This document shows positions 18,429 to 29,800 of a DNA stretch of 53,315 bases, piece after piece. This stretch comes from a virus (taxonomy: Duplodnaviria > Caudoviricetes): the IMG/VR virus record IMGVR_UViG_3300023278_000762, positions 1 to 53,315 of that record; one strand, 5' to 3'. Under the pieces are notes generated by a model. It searched no databases, was not told where the DNA came from, and was given only the letters and a program-made list of their open reading frames with translations. Made by a program: the position numbers and the translations under genes. How positions within the stretch are numbered: the stretch's first letter is position 1; each line of letters opens with the position of its first letter.

Positions 18429-21400
18429 ATGGCAGAACTTATACACACATTTACCGGAGGGAAAATGAACAAAGATCTTGATGAAAGACTTGTACCCAAC
18501 GGACAGTACAGAGATGCTCTTAACATAAGTATTTCCTCATCAGAAGGTTCTGACACTGGTGCTATAGAAAATATAAAAGGAAATTTAGAGTTAAAAAACA
18601 AAGAATTCAACGCTTCTACTAATACATATACTCAGTGGAGTAGTGATTATATAGATTCACTTTCAAATCCTGTGTGTATAGGATCGATTGCGGATAACAT
18701 TGACGAAAAAGTATATTGGTTTATTGCGTCTGACGCAGTAAGTGCTATAGTACAGTATGACAAAAACACAAGTATAATAAAACCTATAATTGTAGATACT
18801 CAAGATGTACTTAAGTTTTCAAAAGATTATTTAATAACAGGTATTAACATAATTGAGGACTTATTATTTTGGACAGATAACAAAGAAGAACCTAAAAGCA
18901 TAAATATAAAAGACTGGGAAAACTCAACAGTGGATTTTTCTACTCATTCTCAAATATATAACAGAAATTTTATAGAGAAAGATGTTGTGGTTATAAAGCC
19001 CGGTCCTCTTGCCGCACCTACTCTAACGCTTAGCGACAATTTAGGCACAGGTAGTACAACAACGTCTGCAGTATTTGATTTTACAGAAAGCGGAACTAGC
19101 GGCGCGATTAACAATGCAGTTGATATCGGCTCTGCTGTTGTTATAAGTTTAGGGTCTCCTATAAACACACAATCAGGTGACACTTTAGCTTTTACATGTA
19201 ACACCGACAGTTCTGAAGGGTATTCACCTGTGGACCCTGATGGTAATGCGGATACTTATTCCTTCGTTATAAGTGTAACATCTATGAGTAATGGAGGTAC
19301 TGTTTTAAACGGGGTATTGCAAAGCGGTACAGCTGAGCTTGTAAAAGGTAATTTTACATACGAAGTAAGCTTACAAGGCTCAAAGATTCTTTTTGAATTG
19401 AAGCTACCTAGGTTTGGCTATAGATATAAATATAAAAACAATCAATACTCTCCATTTTCCCCTTTCTCAGAAGTAGCTTTTTTACCAAGCACTTTTAAAT
19501 ACAATGCAAAAAAAGGATGGAATAAAGGTATGACTAACAATGTGAAAAGAATTATATTAGGTGGTTTTGATTCACCCTTACCCAAAGGCGTAGAAGAGTT
19601 AGATATACTGTACAAACAAGATGGAGTAAACGTTATTTACAAAGTGGAAAGCTTGTCTCCGGAGGATTTGGAGATAAACTATGTCGAACATGAAATAACA
19701 AACAATAGTACAAATTCTGTTAATTTTACTTTTTTAAATACAAAAAATGAAAGTCAAACAATAACTGTTTTTGCAACGCAAACAATAAATATAATAGCTA
19801 AAGAAAATTCATTAACACCTTCTTCGGTAACAGATGTTGTCATAATAAACACATCACTTGGAACAGTATTTGAAGTAATTAGTGAATTAATATATTCTTT
19901 ATTACCTTCTAATCAAATACTTAGGCCTTGGGATAATGTGCCTAGAAAAGCAAAATCTCAAGAAGCTATATCTAATAGAATAATTTATGGAAACTATTTA
20001 CAAAATTATAATGTATCTTCCAGTTTAAAATTTGATCCCGCAAACACTTTAATTTCGCAATCGCCTATATTAAATATAAATGAGCCGTCTAAATCTATAA
20101 AGTCTATTAGAACATATCAAGTAGGTGTTGTTTTTAAAGACAAGCACGGTAGAGAAACACCTGTATTTACTGACACCTCAGGTGTTTTAGATGTACCGAA
20201 TGAGCTTTCTAATACGTCTAATTCTATAAAGATAAAGTTATCTTCTGATAGCCCTAAAAATATAGATGGTTCTGAAATGTTTGACTCGTTTAAGTTTTTC
20301 ATTAAAGATCCGTCTGCACCATACTATAATGTAGTAGCTGATAGACTTTACGAATCCGAAGACGGTGAAAGCGTTTGGATATCAATGCCATCCGCTGAGA
20401 CTAATAAAGTTACAGAAGGTTCATTTTTAATACTTAAAAAACAAAACGATTCATTTACTGCCGTAAAAAATTATCCTCAAAATAAATTTAAGGTATTAAC
20501 TAAAAGTCCAGAGGCTCCTTTAGAATTAAGAAAAACTAAAAGAATTGAATCATCAAAAAACTATTCATTTGATAGGCAATTTGGTGATGGAAGTTCAGCT
20601 ACCTATAGGTTACCGGGAGCTACCCCAGTGCCAGGATACAGTGTTTTTTTAATAAACGATGAAGAAGGTACGTCAGGAGTACCAGATGCTACTTTTGAAA
20701 AATGGAAAGTTGGTAAATACGTAAGGTTTTCTGACCCTACTAACCAAACGCAGTTTTATGAGATAACTAACATAGAAACAGATACTACAGGTGATCATAG
20801 AGAGCTTAAAGTAAACGTGACACCTCCTTTTAATTCTGATGTTAACTTCATATACACCGATCCAACTGTAAGCAACTCGGCTTTGGTTAGCAATTACACT
20901 ACAATCGAGATTGCTGATGATTACGAAGTATTAGGCAAAGGACAATATCAAGGTAGATTTTTTATAAGGCTAGAAAAAACCAATGAGTTAATGTCTAACT
21001 TCACTGTAAACCAAGAATACATACCAGCTAGCACAACAATAGTTCGAAGAAACTATGACTCTGACAGGTATCAAATATTTTCTGGCGGTGGGGGTGCAAT
21101 GCAAAACTCTTCAGGTACTCAAATAGGTAGTGCAACTAGATTGTATACTGACGTTAGTAGAAGACTAGGAGGTATGGGCACCAGTAATTATAATGCTACA
21201 GGACAATTCGGAAGTCTTTATCAAATACCGTTTGATCCAGGAGAAGCATGGGACTTTGTTTTTGAAAGAATACTAACATCAAGAGGCTCTGGTGAATTCG
21301 GTAAAGCTTTTCAAGTGGGTTCAAAAATAAGATTTTCAACTCACCCAACTATTTACGAAATAAAGTTTATACACGAATTTACTCAAGTAAGCGGTAGCAG

Positions 21401-22994
21401 CTATCTTAGATCTTACACAAGATTAGATAAGCCTTTAGAAGCTTCTATTTCTCCTTGGCATATAAAAAAGGTTTCAGAGCTTAACGGGAATGGACCAGTT
21501 TTTGTAGATGGAGTAGAGATATTTAGCGGTAGTGGAGAACCTTCGGTTACTATAGATATACTAAAGCAAGCAGATTCTGGTGAGATTTCATCTAATGATC
21601 CTGCTATATTTGAAACTGAACCAGCTGAACAAGCTGAACTTGATATTTATTATGAAATTTCAGATGCTTTACCAATAGTGCAATACAATATCCAGCACAC
21701 AAGCCCTTGGTTCAACTGTTATTCTTTTGGTAACGGTGTAGAATCAAATAGGATTAGAGATGACTACAACGCCCCTTATATAAGCACAGGGACAAAAGCA
21801 AATGCTGTTTTAGATAATCCATACAAAGAGGAATATTTACAGAATAACCTTATATTTTCAGGTATTTTTAATTCAATTTCTGGACTAAATGAATTGAATC
21901 AATTTATACAAGCTGAAGCTATAACTAAAACATTAGATCCTCAAAGTGGGCCTATACAAAAATTATTTGCTAGAGAAACAGATTTGTTAGCGTTCTGCGA
22001 AGACAAAGTAGTTAAAATACTAGCAGATAAGGATGCAATATACAATGCAAATGGAAATTCTCAGTTAACTGCTGCTAATAGAGTTTTAGGCCAAGCTATA
22101 ATACCCTCAAGCTTCGGAATGTTTGGTATTGGTAAAAATCCGGAGTCCTTTGCAAACTACGGCTACAGAGTCTACTTTACGGACAATGCTAAAGGTAAAG
22201 TACTTAGGTTATCTATGGACGGAGTAACACCAATCAGCAATTATGGCTTAGATGATTTCTTCCAAGACAATCTTCCTTTAAATAATAAAATACTAGGTTG
22301 CTATAATAATGATAATGGCACGTATAATTTAACGCTAAACAGCTTAACTGACGAATGGTCTGATAAGTATGGCTTAAAAACTACGTTGTCTTTTTCTGAA
22401 AGCATAACCGGTTGGTCTAGTAGAAAATCGTATATTCCAGAAAACGGTGTATCTATAGATACGAAATTTTATACCTTTAAAGAAGGACTGGTTTATGAGC
22501 ATGGCAAAAATGATTTGTATAACAACTTCTATGGAGTCCAGTATCAAAGCACTTTAACTCTGTTATCTAATGAAAGTCCTCTTTCTGTAAAAGGATTCAA
22601 AGCAATAAACTATACAGGTACTGCTGCTAAAAGCAACGTGTATAGCATTTCCAGTGGTGTTTATAATGGCATAAACTACTCAATTAGCGAGATAGAAACT
22701 ATCAAATCTAACGGAGGACCAAATCCTACAAGTGTTATTTCAACACCTGGATGGTGGGTTAGTAATACAAAAACAAACCTACAAAGTGGAACCGTACTTG
22801 AATTTATAGACAAGGAAGGAAAATACTACAACAACATAAAAGGAGATGCTACTACAGTAGATAATATAGACACAACTGAATTTTCTGTTCAAGGAATAGG
22901 TAAGCCTACTACAATTACAGGAGATATTAACGTTACTCAGTTTAAAGTACGTATTTTTGCAGATCCTTCATGTTTTACTAATAATCAACCATAA
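18429..22994 (+). CDS. Tail stabilisation/nozzle protein
   Basis: GGKMNKDLDERLVPNGQYRDALN start and beta-propeller-like C-terminal region typical of crAss-like stabilisation proteins; 1521 aa. Confidence 0.75.
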   Translation: MAELIHTFTGGKMNKDLDERLVPNGQYRDALNISISSSEGSDTGAIENIKGNLELKNKEFNASTNTYTQWSSDYIDSLSNPVCIGSIADNIDEKVYWFIASDAVSAIVQYDKNTSIIKPIIVDTQDVLKFSKDYLITGINIIEDLLFWTDNKEEPKSINIKDWENSTVDFSTHSQIYNRNFIEKDVVVIKPGPLAAPTLTLSDNLGTGSTTTSAVFDFTESGTSGAINNAVDIGSAVVISLGSPINTQSGDTLAFTCNTDSSEGYSPVDPDGNADTYSFVISVTSMSNGGTVLNGVLQSGTAELVKGNFTYEVSLQGSKILFELKLPRFGYRYKYKNNQYSPFSPFSEVAFLPSTFKYNAKKGWNKGMTNNVKRIILGGFDSPLPKGVEELDILYKQDGVNVIYKVESLSPEDLEINYVEHEITNNSTNSVNFTFLNTKNESQTITVFATQTINIIAKENSLTPSSVTDVVIINTSLGTVFEVISELIYSLLPSNQILRPWDNVPRKAKSQEAISNRIIYGNYLQNYNVSSSLKFDPANTLISQSPILNINEPSKSIKSIRTYQVGVVFKDKHGRETPVFTDTSGVLDVPNELSNTSNSIKIKLSSDSPKNIDGSEMFDSFKFFIKDPSAPYYNVVADRLYESEDGESVWISMPSAETNKVTEGSFLILKKQNDSFTAVKNYPQNKFKVLTKSPEAPLELRKTKRIESSKNYSFDRQFGDGSSATYRLPGATPVPGYSVFLINDEEGTSGVPDATFEKWKVGKYVRFSDPTNQTQFYEITNIETDTTGDHRELKVNVTPPFNSDVNFIYTDPTVSNSALVSNYTTIEIADDYEVLGKGQYQGRFFIRLEKTNELMSNFTVNQEYIPASTTIVRRNYDSDRYQIFSGGGGAMQNSSGTQIGSATRLYTDVSRRLGGMGTSNYNATGQFGSLYQIPFDPGEAWDFVFERILTSRGSGEFGKAFQVGSKIRFSTHPTIYEIKFIHEFTQVSGSSYLRSYTRLDKPLEASISPWHIKKVSELNGNGPVFVDGVEIFSGSGEPSVTIDILKQADSGEISSNDPAIFETEPAEQAELDIYYEISDALPIVQYNIQHTSPWFNCYSFGNGVESNRIRDDYNAPYISTGTKANAVLDNPYKEEYLQNNLIFSGIFNSISGLNELNQFIQAEAITKTLDPQSGPIQKLFARETDLLAFCEDKVVKILADKDAIYNANGNSQLTAANRVLGQAIIPSSFGMFGIGKNPESFANYGYRVYFTDNAKGKVLRLSMDGVTPISNYGLDDFFQDNLPLNNKILGCYNNDNGTYNLTLNSLTDEWSDKYGLKTTLSFSESITGWSSRKSYIPENGVSIDTKFYTFKEGLVYEHGKNDLYNNFYGVQYQSTLTLLSNESPLSVKGFKAINYTGTAAKSNVYSISSGVYNGINYSISEIETIKSNGGPNPTSVISTPGWWVSNTKTNLQSGTVLEFIDKEGKYYNNIKGDATTVDNIDTTEFSVQGIGKPTTITGDINVTQFKVRIFADPSCFTNNQP

Positions 22995-22998
22995 TAAT

Positions 22999-24567
22999 AT
23001 GAGTACAGTAATAGATAATTTTACAGTAACAGAAACAAACTACGAAATACTTGATGGAGATGGGATACCTACTACGGTACTAACACTGTCTCCTGTACGT
23101 GGATTTGTTATAGCAGCTTCTGATTTTTCAGCTACAATAACCTCTCCAGTTGATACTATTAGTTTTACCCAAGATGGAGATGATGTTCTTATGACGATAA
23201 CTTTCGAAGCAGCATATCAAGTTACATCAAGCTTGTCAATACCAATATGTATGGCTGGATTCTCAACCACAGTTACTATAAGCTTAGCTGTAAATTACGC
23301 TGCGAATTTAACAAACGCTTCGTCTAGTACGACACCATCTTTAATAAATATAGCTGGCTTTTACGGAACAACATCTAATGTGTTTACCAGTACTATACAA
23401 GCTACAGCGGGTTATTATTTTCTGAATGAACCTACATGTGTTATTAGCACAGGAGTTTTGAGCGACTACTCTATTTCGAATGTGAAAACTTTAAATAGTA
23501 ATAATCAATTAACTTCAATTACATTTACAACTGACTATACCTTTCCGGCATCAAGCGTTACGGGTGATATTATAACTGTTAGTGGCTCTGCTATTGAATT
23601 AGCCTCTGTAGCTGCTGAAGAAGTTAGGTCTTATTCTATATCTAACAGAGCAATAAATCCTAATGGAGAAACAAGAAGATTTACAGCTTTAGGTATTTTA
23701 AACGCCGATTGGAACCTTACGGTTAACAACGGTATATCTGACATTTATGATTATAGTAGCGTTATTCCATCAAGCGGTGAAGATTTCTTTGATATTGTTT
23801 TTCCAGCCGGCAGTGGAGTTACGTATACGTTTACCTTAACAGGAGATTTATTAAGCCCGTTCCCGTTACCTACAACATGGACTATAGTTCAAACAGATAC
23901 TAATACTGCCCCTGTTGCTGATGCACAAACAGTAGCTGCGCTCCATAATCACGATACTTTAATTGAGTTATCTGGATCAGACGCCGAAGGCGATGCTTTA
24001 ACTTATATAATAACCTCACTACCTACAGAAGATTTAGAAAGTCCTCCTGGTACAGTTATAACAACAGTTCCTTTTACTTTACCTAGTAATGAAGTTACTT
24101 ATGACGCAGGCAGTATTGGTAGTGATAATTTTCAGTTTAAAGTTAACGATGGCACATTAGATAGCATACCTCAAATTGTTACAATCAATACAGCAGCAGC
24201 TGTTACAACTATACCTATTGGTGTAACATACAACGGAAACACCTTAGTCACAGGACCTTCCCCAACTACAGTCGACGTTGGCTCTAGTGGTCCGTTTGGA
24301 AGAAGTACTACTATAAACGTAACAAAAAATATAAATGGCCCTGGAGGCGGTACAGCTACGTCAGATTATGATGTTATAATAACAGAAGATACTAATAATG
24401 TTGGATTAACCCTAAAAGCTCACAACATACCTCCAACAACAGTTGTTGATCAAGGTGACGGTACAGTAGATATAACTTACTTATTTACTTTAAAAGTTGC
24501 AGACGGAGGTATTGTAGAATCTACAGATGCTATAAACATAACAGTAGAGGTATTTTACTATATATAA
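22999..24567 (+). CDS. Thr-rich virion surface protein with a cadherin/Ig-like domain
   Basis: NTAPVADAQTV...GSDAEGDALTY...FQFKVNDGTLDS; ATG at 22999 preferred to the TTG at 22957. Confidence 0.7.
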   Translation: MSTVIDNFTVTETNYEILDGDGIPTTVLTLSPVRGFVIAASDFSATITSPVDTISFTQDGDDVLMTITFEAAYQVTSSLSIPICMAGFSTTVTISLAVNYAANLTNASSSTTPSLINIAGFYGTTSNVFTSTIQATAGYYFLNEPTCVISTGVLSDYSISNVKTLNSNNQLTSITFTTDYTFPASSVTGDIITVSGSAIELASVAAEEVRSYSISNRAINPNGETRRFTALGILNADWNLTVNNGISDIYDYSSVIPSSGEDFFDIVFPAGSGVTYTFTLTGDLLSPFPLPTTWTIVQTDTNTAPVADAQTVAALHNHDTLIELSGSDAEGDALTYIITSLPTEDLESPPGTVITTVPFTLPSNEVTYDAGSIGSDNFQFKVNDGTLDSIPQIVTINTAAAVTTIPIGVTYNGNTLVTGPSPTTVDVGSSGPFGRSTTINVTKNINGPGGGTATSDYDVIITEDTNNVGLTLKAHNIPPTTVVDQGDGTVDITYLFTLKVADGGIVESTDAINITVEVFYYI

Positions 24568-24577
24568 AAAACAATAA

Positions 24578-24904
24578 ATGGGATCTATAACAATAAACTT
24601 TGCTAACAATATACAAGACTCTGTTCAAATAGGAGACACAGCTTATTACACTAATGATCCTAACGGGATTGATATTGTACAAATAGGTGAAATTACAGTG
24701 GTAGGTAGCACGTCGATTGATGTGACTATACCCAACAATGTGATAAGGCCCACTGCGGCTTCGTTTATTTTATTTAGCAAAACCAACAAAGCAAATACAA
24801 GTGCTTTAAAAGGATACTATATGGAAACAACTTTAAACAATGACTCTACGGGAAAAATAGAGCTGTTTTCTGTTGGTACAGAGATATTTGAGAGTAGCAA
24901 TTAA
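24578..24904 (+). CDS. Small tail structural protein
   Basis: 108 aa at the end of the tail module. Confidence 0.6.
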   Translation: MGSITINFANNIQDSVQIGDTAYYTNDPNGIDIVQIGEITVVGSTSIDVTIPNNVIRPTAASFILFSKTNKANTSALKGYYMETTLNNDSTGKIELFSVGTEIFESSN

Positions 24905-24937
24905 CACGTAATAATAACCACATAAAACAATAAAATC

Positions 24938-25591
24938 ATGGCTATACCAGTACTAGGAGCTATACAAGGTCTTGCGGGAATCGCTGGAGGAATTATAGGT
25001 AGCGGAGCAAGAAGAAGAGAACAGCAGGCAGCGCAAGCTGAGTTTGATAAAAATAAGGATAGAATGCAAAGTGCTGACACTTCTAATCTTATGGCTAATC
25101 AAGAAAATGTTTTTGAAGATTTAACCGTAAATACTCAGGAAGCTGATTTTATAAATCAACAACAGAAAGCAGGATTAGCTACTACTATGAATTCCTTACA
25201 AGGAGCCGCAGGTGGTTCTGGCCTTGCGGCATTAGCTCAAGTAATGGCTGGACAGGATTCTCAGAATGCTCAAGCAGCTGCTGCTAGTATAGGTAAACAA
25301 GAAGCCGGTAATCAGGCAGCTGAAAGACAAATGCAAGCTCAGTTAAATCAACAAGACATACAAGGTCAATATCAATCAAGAGCAGCTGAGAAAGATAAAA
25401 ACGACACACTATTAGGAATGTCTCAACAGAGATTAGGTGCAGCAAACAAAGCAAGAGCCTCAGCTACAAAATCTATTATAGGTGGAGTTGCTGGAGCAGC
25501 AGCTGGTGGGTTAGGTATGTTTGATAAAGATGGTTTTAACCCTTTTATTGGGACTGGGGTTGGTGAATATATTAAAGCACTTAAAAAATAA
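24938..25591 (+). CDS. Internal virion (ejection) protein
   Basis: Gly/Ala-rich hydrophobic ends with a Gln/Ala helical core. Confidence 0.65.
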   Translation: MAIPVLGAIQGLAGIAGGIIGSGARRREQQAAQAEFDKNKDRMQSADTSNLMANQENVFEDLTVNTQEADFINQQQKAGLATTMNSLQGAAGGSGLAALAQVMAGQDSQNAQAAAASIGKQEAGNQAAERQMQAQLNQQDIQGQYQSRAAEKDKNDTLLGMSQQRLGAANKARASATKSIIGGVAGAAAGGLGMFDKDGFNPFIGTGVGEYIKALKK

Positions 25592-25596
25592 ATAAT

Positions 25597-26793
25597 ATGG
25601 CAAACAACCAATTAATACAAGGAGCAGGCACAATGTCTAAAGAATTTTTAGACGTTGGTAAAGCTGTAGGAGAAGGTTTTGCACAATATGTTGATCCAAC
25701 CATTGCTAAGAACAAGTCTATAACAGCTAGGGTGAATAAAAGTATGAGTAAAATGAAAACCGATATGGATTTCACTAGCTTTAGTCCAGCAGAAACTAAG
25801 AGTATGCGTAATTTTTTAGTTGGCGAAAGAGCTAAATACGCTGAAGCAGCTAAATTAGCAGCTCAATACAGTGACACTACCGATCCTGGGTATATGGAAC
25901 AAGTTGACATTATGCAAGGCGTTAACAATAGTTTTATGAACCTAGCTAAGCAATTAGAGTCTTATAAAAAAGGTAAATTAGACTACGCAAAAAATCAGAA
26001 GGAGGGGATTTACTCTAACGGTACTAATAGTGAAGTTGCAACAGACAACGCTATAATGTATGGATTTTATGATGAAGATGGTGACGGTGTTTCAGACGGA
26101 CAGTATGATTCTCCGTTTATAATTCAGGAAGGTGGTAATATTGGTTTTAACATTAAAGGAAAAACAATTGATTATAACAATGCCCCCTCTCCTATTATAA
26201 AGGATTATAAGCTAGCTACATCGATTCTTAAAGGAAATGAGGAGGTTTATAGGGCTGGTATAAAAATATCACAAAACGATCCTTCTATGAAGTCCTACAG
26301 ACTACAGCTTGAGCAATCCTTAGCTGATGAGGATTCTTTAACATCAATTTTATACGACTACGAAGATGAACTTCCAACCGGTAGTATATTAAAAAGAATG
26401 AATTCTGGAGAATTAGATTTAGCTGGAGCAAGGACAGAGCTAGTAAATCTATTGTCAAACGCTAGAGTAGATGTATCTAATGAAGGGTTCAATGCTAAAG
26501 AACAAAGAGAATCAGCTAGAAAAGCTAAAGGTCGGAATGTTGTAAATAACAAAACTCCTGAATGGATTGCGTTAAAGCAAAAGCAATTGCGGGCTATTGA
26601 TAAGTACCAAACAGTAGACGGTCGGGGTTGGGTTGATATTGATAACTTTAAAGGATCCAACCAGTCACAAAAACAAAACTGGAGGGTGTCAAAATCACCA
26701 GATACCGGTTTCTTTTATTACAAGTTACCAGGAGGTGTAGACACAATAATTTCGAAAGAAGATTTAGAAAAAGAATTAGGTTTTAAAATATAA
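25597..26793 (+). CDS. Putative internal virion protein
   Basis: 398 aa helical protein between two ejection genes. Confidence 0.55.
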   Translation: MANNQLIQGAGTMSKEFLDVGKAVGEGFAQYVDPTIAKNKSITARVNKSMSKMKTDMDFTSFSPAETKSMRNFLVGERAKYAEAAKLAAQYSDTTDPGYMEQVDIMQGVNNSFMNLAKQLESYKKGKLDYAKNQKEGIYSNGTNSEVATDNAIMYGFYDEDGDGVSDGQYDSPFIIQEGGNIGFNIKGKTIDYNNAPSPIIKDYKLATSILKGNEEVYRAGIKISQNDPSMKSYRLQLEQSLADEDSLTSILYDYEDELPTGSILKRMNSGELDLAGARTELVNLLSNARVDVSNEGFNAKEQRESARKAKGRNVVNNKTPEWIALKQKQLRAIDKYQTVDGRGWVDIDNFKGSNQSQKQNWRVSKSPDTGFFYYKLPGGVDTIISKEDLEKELGFKI

Positions 26794-26803
26794 ATTAAAT
26801 ATA

Positions 26804-29800
26804 ATGGCAAATATAGATCCAATATACAAGTTAAACGGAAAAGAGTTTACTAAAGAGCAACTGGAAGCTTCGGCTAGTTACCATTCTTTAAGCTTCGATG
26901 ACTATGTGTCTTCAAGAAACTTTGAAATAATACAACCCGAGGATTTTCAAAACGGAGCTGCGGAAAACAATGCACCTGTGGTTCCAAAAAACAATCAAGC
27001 ATTAAACAATGGGGGTTCAGTTTCGGAAAATGGTTCTTCGGACTTACCAGGTAACCTAGAATTTGGAGAAGCTGTAGACTTTGACTTCAACAACCCATAT
27101 TCAGAACCGAAAAAAGAAAGAAGATACATTCAGTTTAAAAGCGGTAGAGTATATGAAGACACTTATTTAAGTGAACTTGAAGAAAACCCTACAGATGAAT
27201 ACAATAGAGAAAAACCAAAAACATTTGAAGAGTATGCAGAGCAAATGGGTGGAAGCTCTTCTAGTATACGAATATATAAGCCAGATACTTTTGTAAAAGA
27301 ACAAAAGTCTGTAGATGCTAGAGTTATTGAGGCTATAAACTCAAAGTTTGAACAAACTGAAGAGCAAAAGCTAGAGAAGAGAGCCAAAGCTGAGGAGATG
27401 TTTGTGCCTCAAGCAGATAGACCTACTCATATGGTATTTACAGGTGATTATAGCCCGCCTGAGTCAATTGTAACTAAGAACGAGGATTACGACAAGTATG
27501 TTGGAATAGCTAAAAATAAATTAGGTAACAACGCTTCGGAAGATGAAATATTATCTGTTGCTAAAAACTTATATGTAGACGCAAGTGTAAAACCTCAAAT
27601 AGCAAAAAACATCGAGCAAAGTTTAAAAGACGGAGCTTATGACCAAGGTAGTAAAGATTTTTTAAACGAAGCAGACAGTGATTTTATTAAAAAGGCTGCA
27701 GCAAGAGAATATAAAACTAAAAACAAAGCGCAACAAGCAAATGTAGCCAAGCTCGAAAGCATGGGTGTTTTAATGAAAGCAACCATAGCTGAAATGGAAG
27801 CTTTGCAAAAACAATCATATAGCCTAGATACATTTGATGCGGAGGCAGCGAGAGAAAGATACAAATATCTTCGATCAACGCTAGAAGTTGCATCAGAAAA
27901 CTACAATGAGTTTTACAACAACTCTTATCTTGTGGTAAATGAAGAGCTGGAAGGTTTGGCTGACATCGTTGATGTTACTAAAAGAGCATATGGTATTGGA
28001 AATGTTCTAGCTGCAAATGTAGTAGCTACAACAAGTGAGCTAATCGGAGGTGCTTTAAAAGCTCCAGAATGGCTAGGTACGATTATAGAATCTGCTATTA
28101 CAGGAGAAGAGTACAACAATACCTGGATGGCGCAAAACACCGGTATGTTATCTGAAGCTTTGTTGGATACAGAAATGATACGTGGAGCTGTTGCAAAACC
28201 GGTTGATGTTGCTGACATTGGATCTGACGGTACAAACCTTGGGTATTGGATGACTGACCTTATAGGTAATCAAATCCCAACAGCAGCAACAATGATAGCT
28301 TTTCCTGCATCATCACTGTATGTTATGGGAGCGAGTGCGGCTGGGCAAAAAGCTAACGATATGGCTGGATTAATGGAAAGTAGCGAAGCTGATTATAACA
28401 ATTGGCAAATGCTTTTAGCTCCAGCTATAGTAGGTACGCTTGAAACTGTTACTGAAAAAATAAGTCTTGGGCAATTAAAGCATGTTGGCAAAGTATTCCA
28501 AGGAAAGAATAGCGTATTAAAAGAAGCAACTGACTATATACAAAACAGAGTGCTTAACAAAAATTATTTTGTTGACGTTTTAGGAGAAGGTGCATCAGAG
28601 GGGCTTAATCAATTAGGTGGAAACATCACGGACAAGTACTTGCTTAAAGACAAAAACGTTCACATATGGGACGGTGTTGGTAATGCTGTTGCTTCTGGAG
28701 GTTTTATGAGTGGTGTTGTATACAAAGCACCATCTATAGGGGTAAAAATGCTAAATCCATTTGCATCTTCCGATTTAAAGCCAAATATCTATGCTAACAT
28801 TGTAATGCAAAATAAGTTAGCTAAAGAAATGCTTAATAAAGACATTTCCCCTAACATAAAAAGTAGTTTAAAACAAGCGTACGATAAACTTAATGAGGCT
28901 AATAACAAACTATTAAATGATCAGTTTAAGACAATTGATGCTTTAAATGACGACCAAAAAACAGAACTTATTGAAATTGACAAAGCCAAAGCTAAAGCTC
29001 TCCTCGAGCTTCAAGATATAAATGGGTTTGACAACATGAGCGACAGTGTTAAGCAAAACTTAATAGAAGGAAAAGAATCCGAAATAAATAGTCTCGCAGC
29101 AAACAAAGAAAAAATATTATCAACTGTAGGAGCTGATGCTGACGTAGCGTTAACAAAATCGTTGATTGAAGGAGCTAAAGATGGTAGTTCTGTTATGGTT
29201 TTTGAAGACGACACTAAAACAAAAGTTACAGCCGCTCAAAAACAATACGATTTCTTGATAAGTGTTGGGTTATCGGAAGCTCAAGCAGAAGCTAAAAAAA
29301 ATGACTACGGTTTGTTCGTACAAGACAAGGATGGTAATGATATATTAGTTATAAATAAAGCGTCCGCTTTAGAAGACAAAGTTGTTACTACAGGAAAACA
29401 CGAGTTTTTACACAAAGTGCTTAAGAGAGCTATTGCCAAAGACCCATCGTTAGCAGAAAATATGGGTAATATGCTTTTAACTGAAATCGCAAATAATCCT
29501 TCTATAATTACAGAAAGAGGTAAGCAAGCTATTAAACAATACAAAGAAAGAGCTGACGACGTTAATGATTCTACAACACAATCTGATTATTTTGAAGAAA
29601 TTATAACTGTTTTTGCAGAGTCAATGAATCCAGAAGCTGCTTCTCAAGCTGACACTTTTACATCTAAAATAGCAGATATAGTTAGAAGAGCTATGAACAG
29701 TTTAGGTATTAGAAATGTTAAGTTTAAAACAAGTAAAGACGTTGTTAATTTTATAAAGGATTATAATAGAGACTTCGCTTCAGGTAAATTATCAAGAACA

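Noticed and set aside
26068-26109. DEDGDG in the 398-aa protein as a polymerase active site
   Set aside because: Looks like a DxDGDG calcium-binding loop; no other polymerase features
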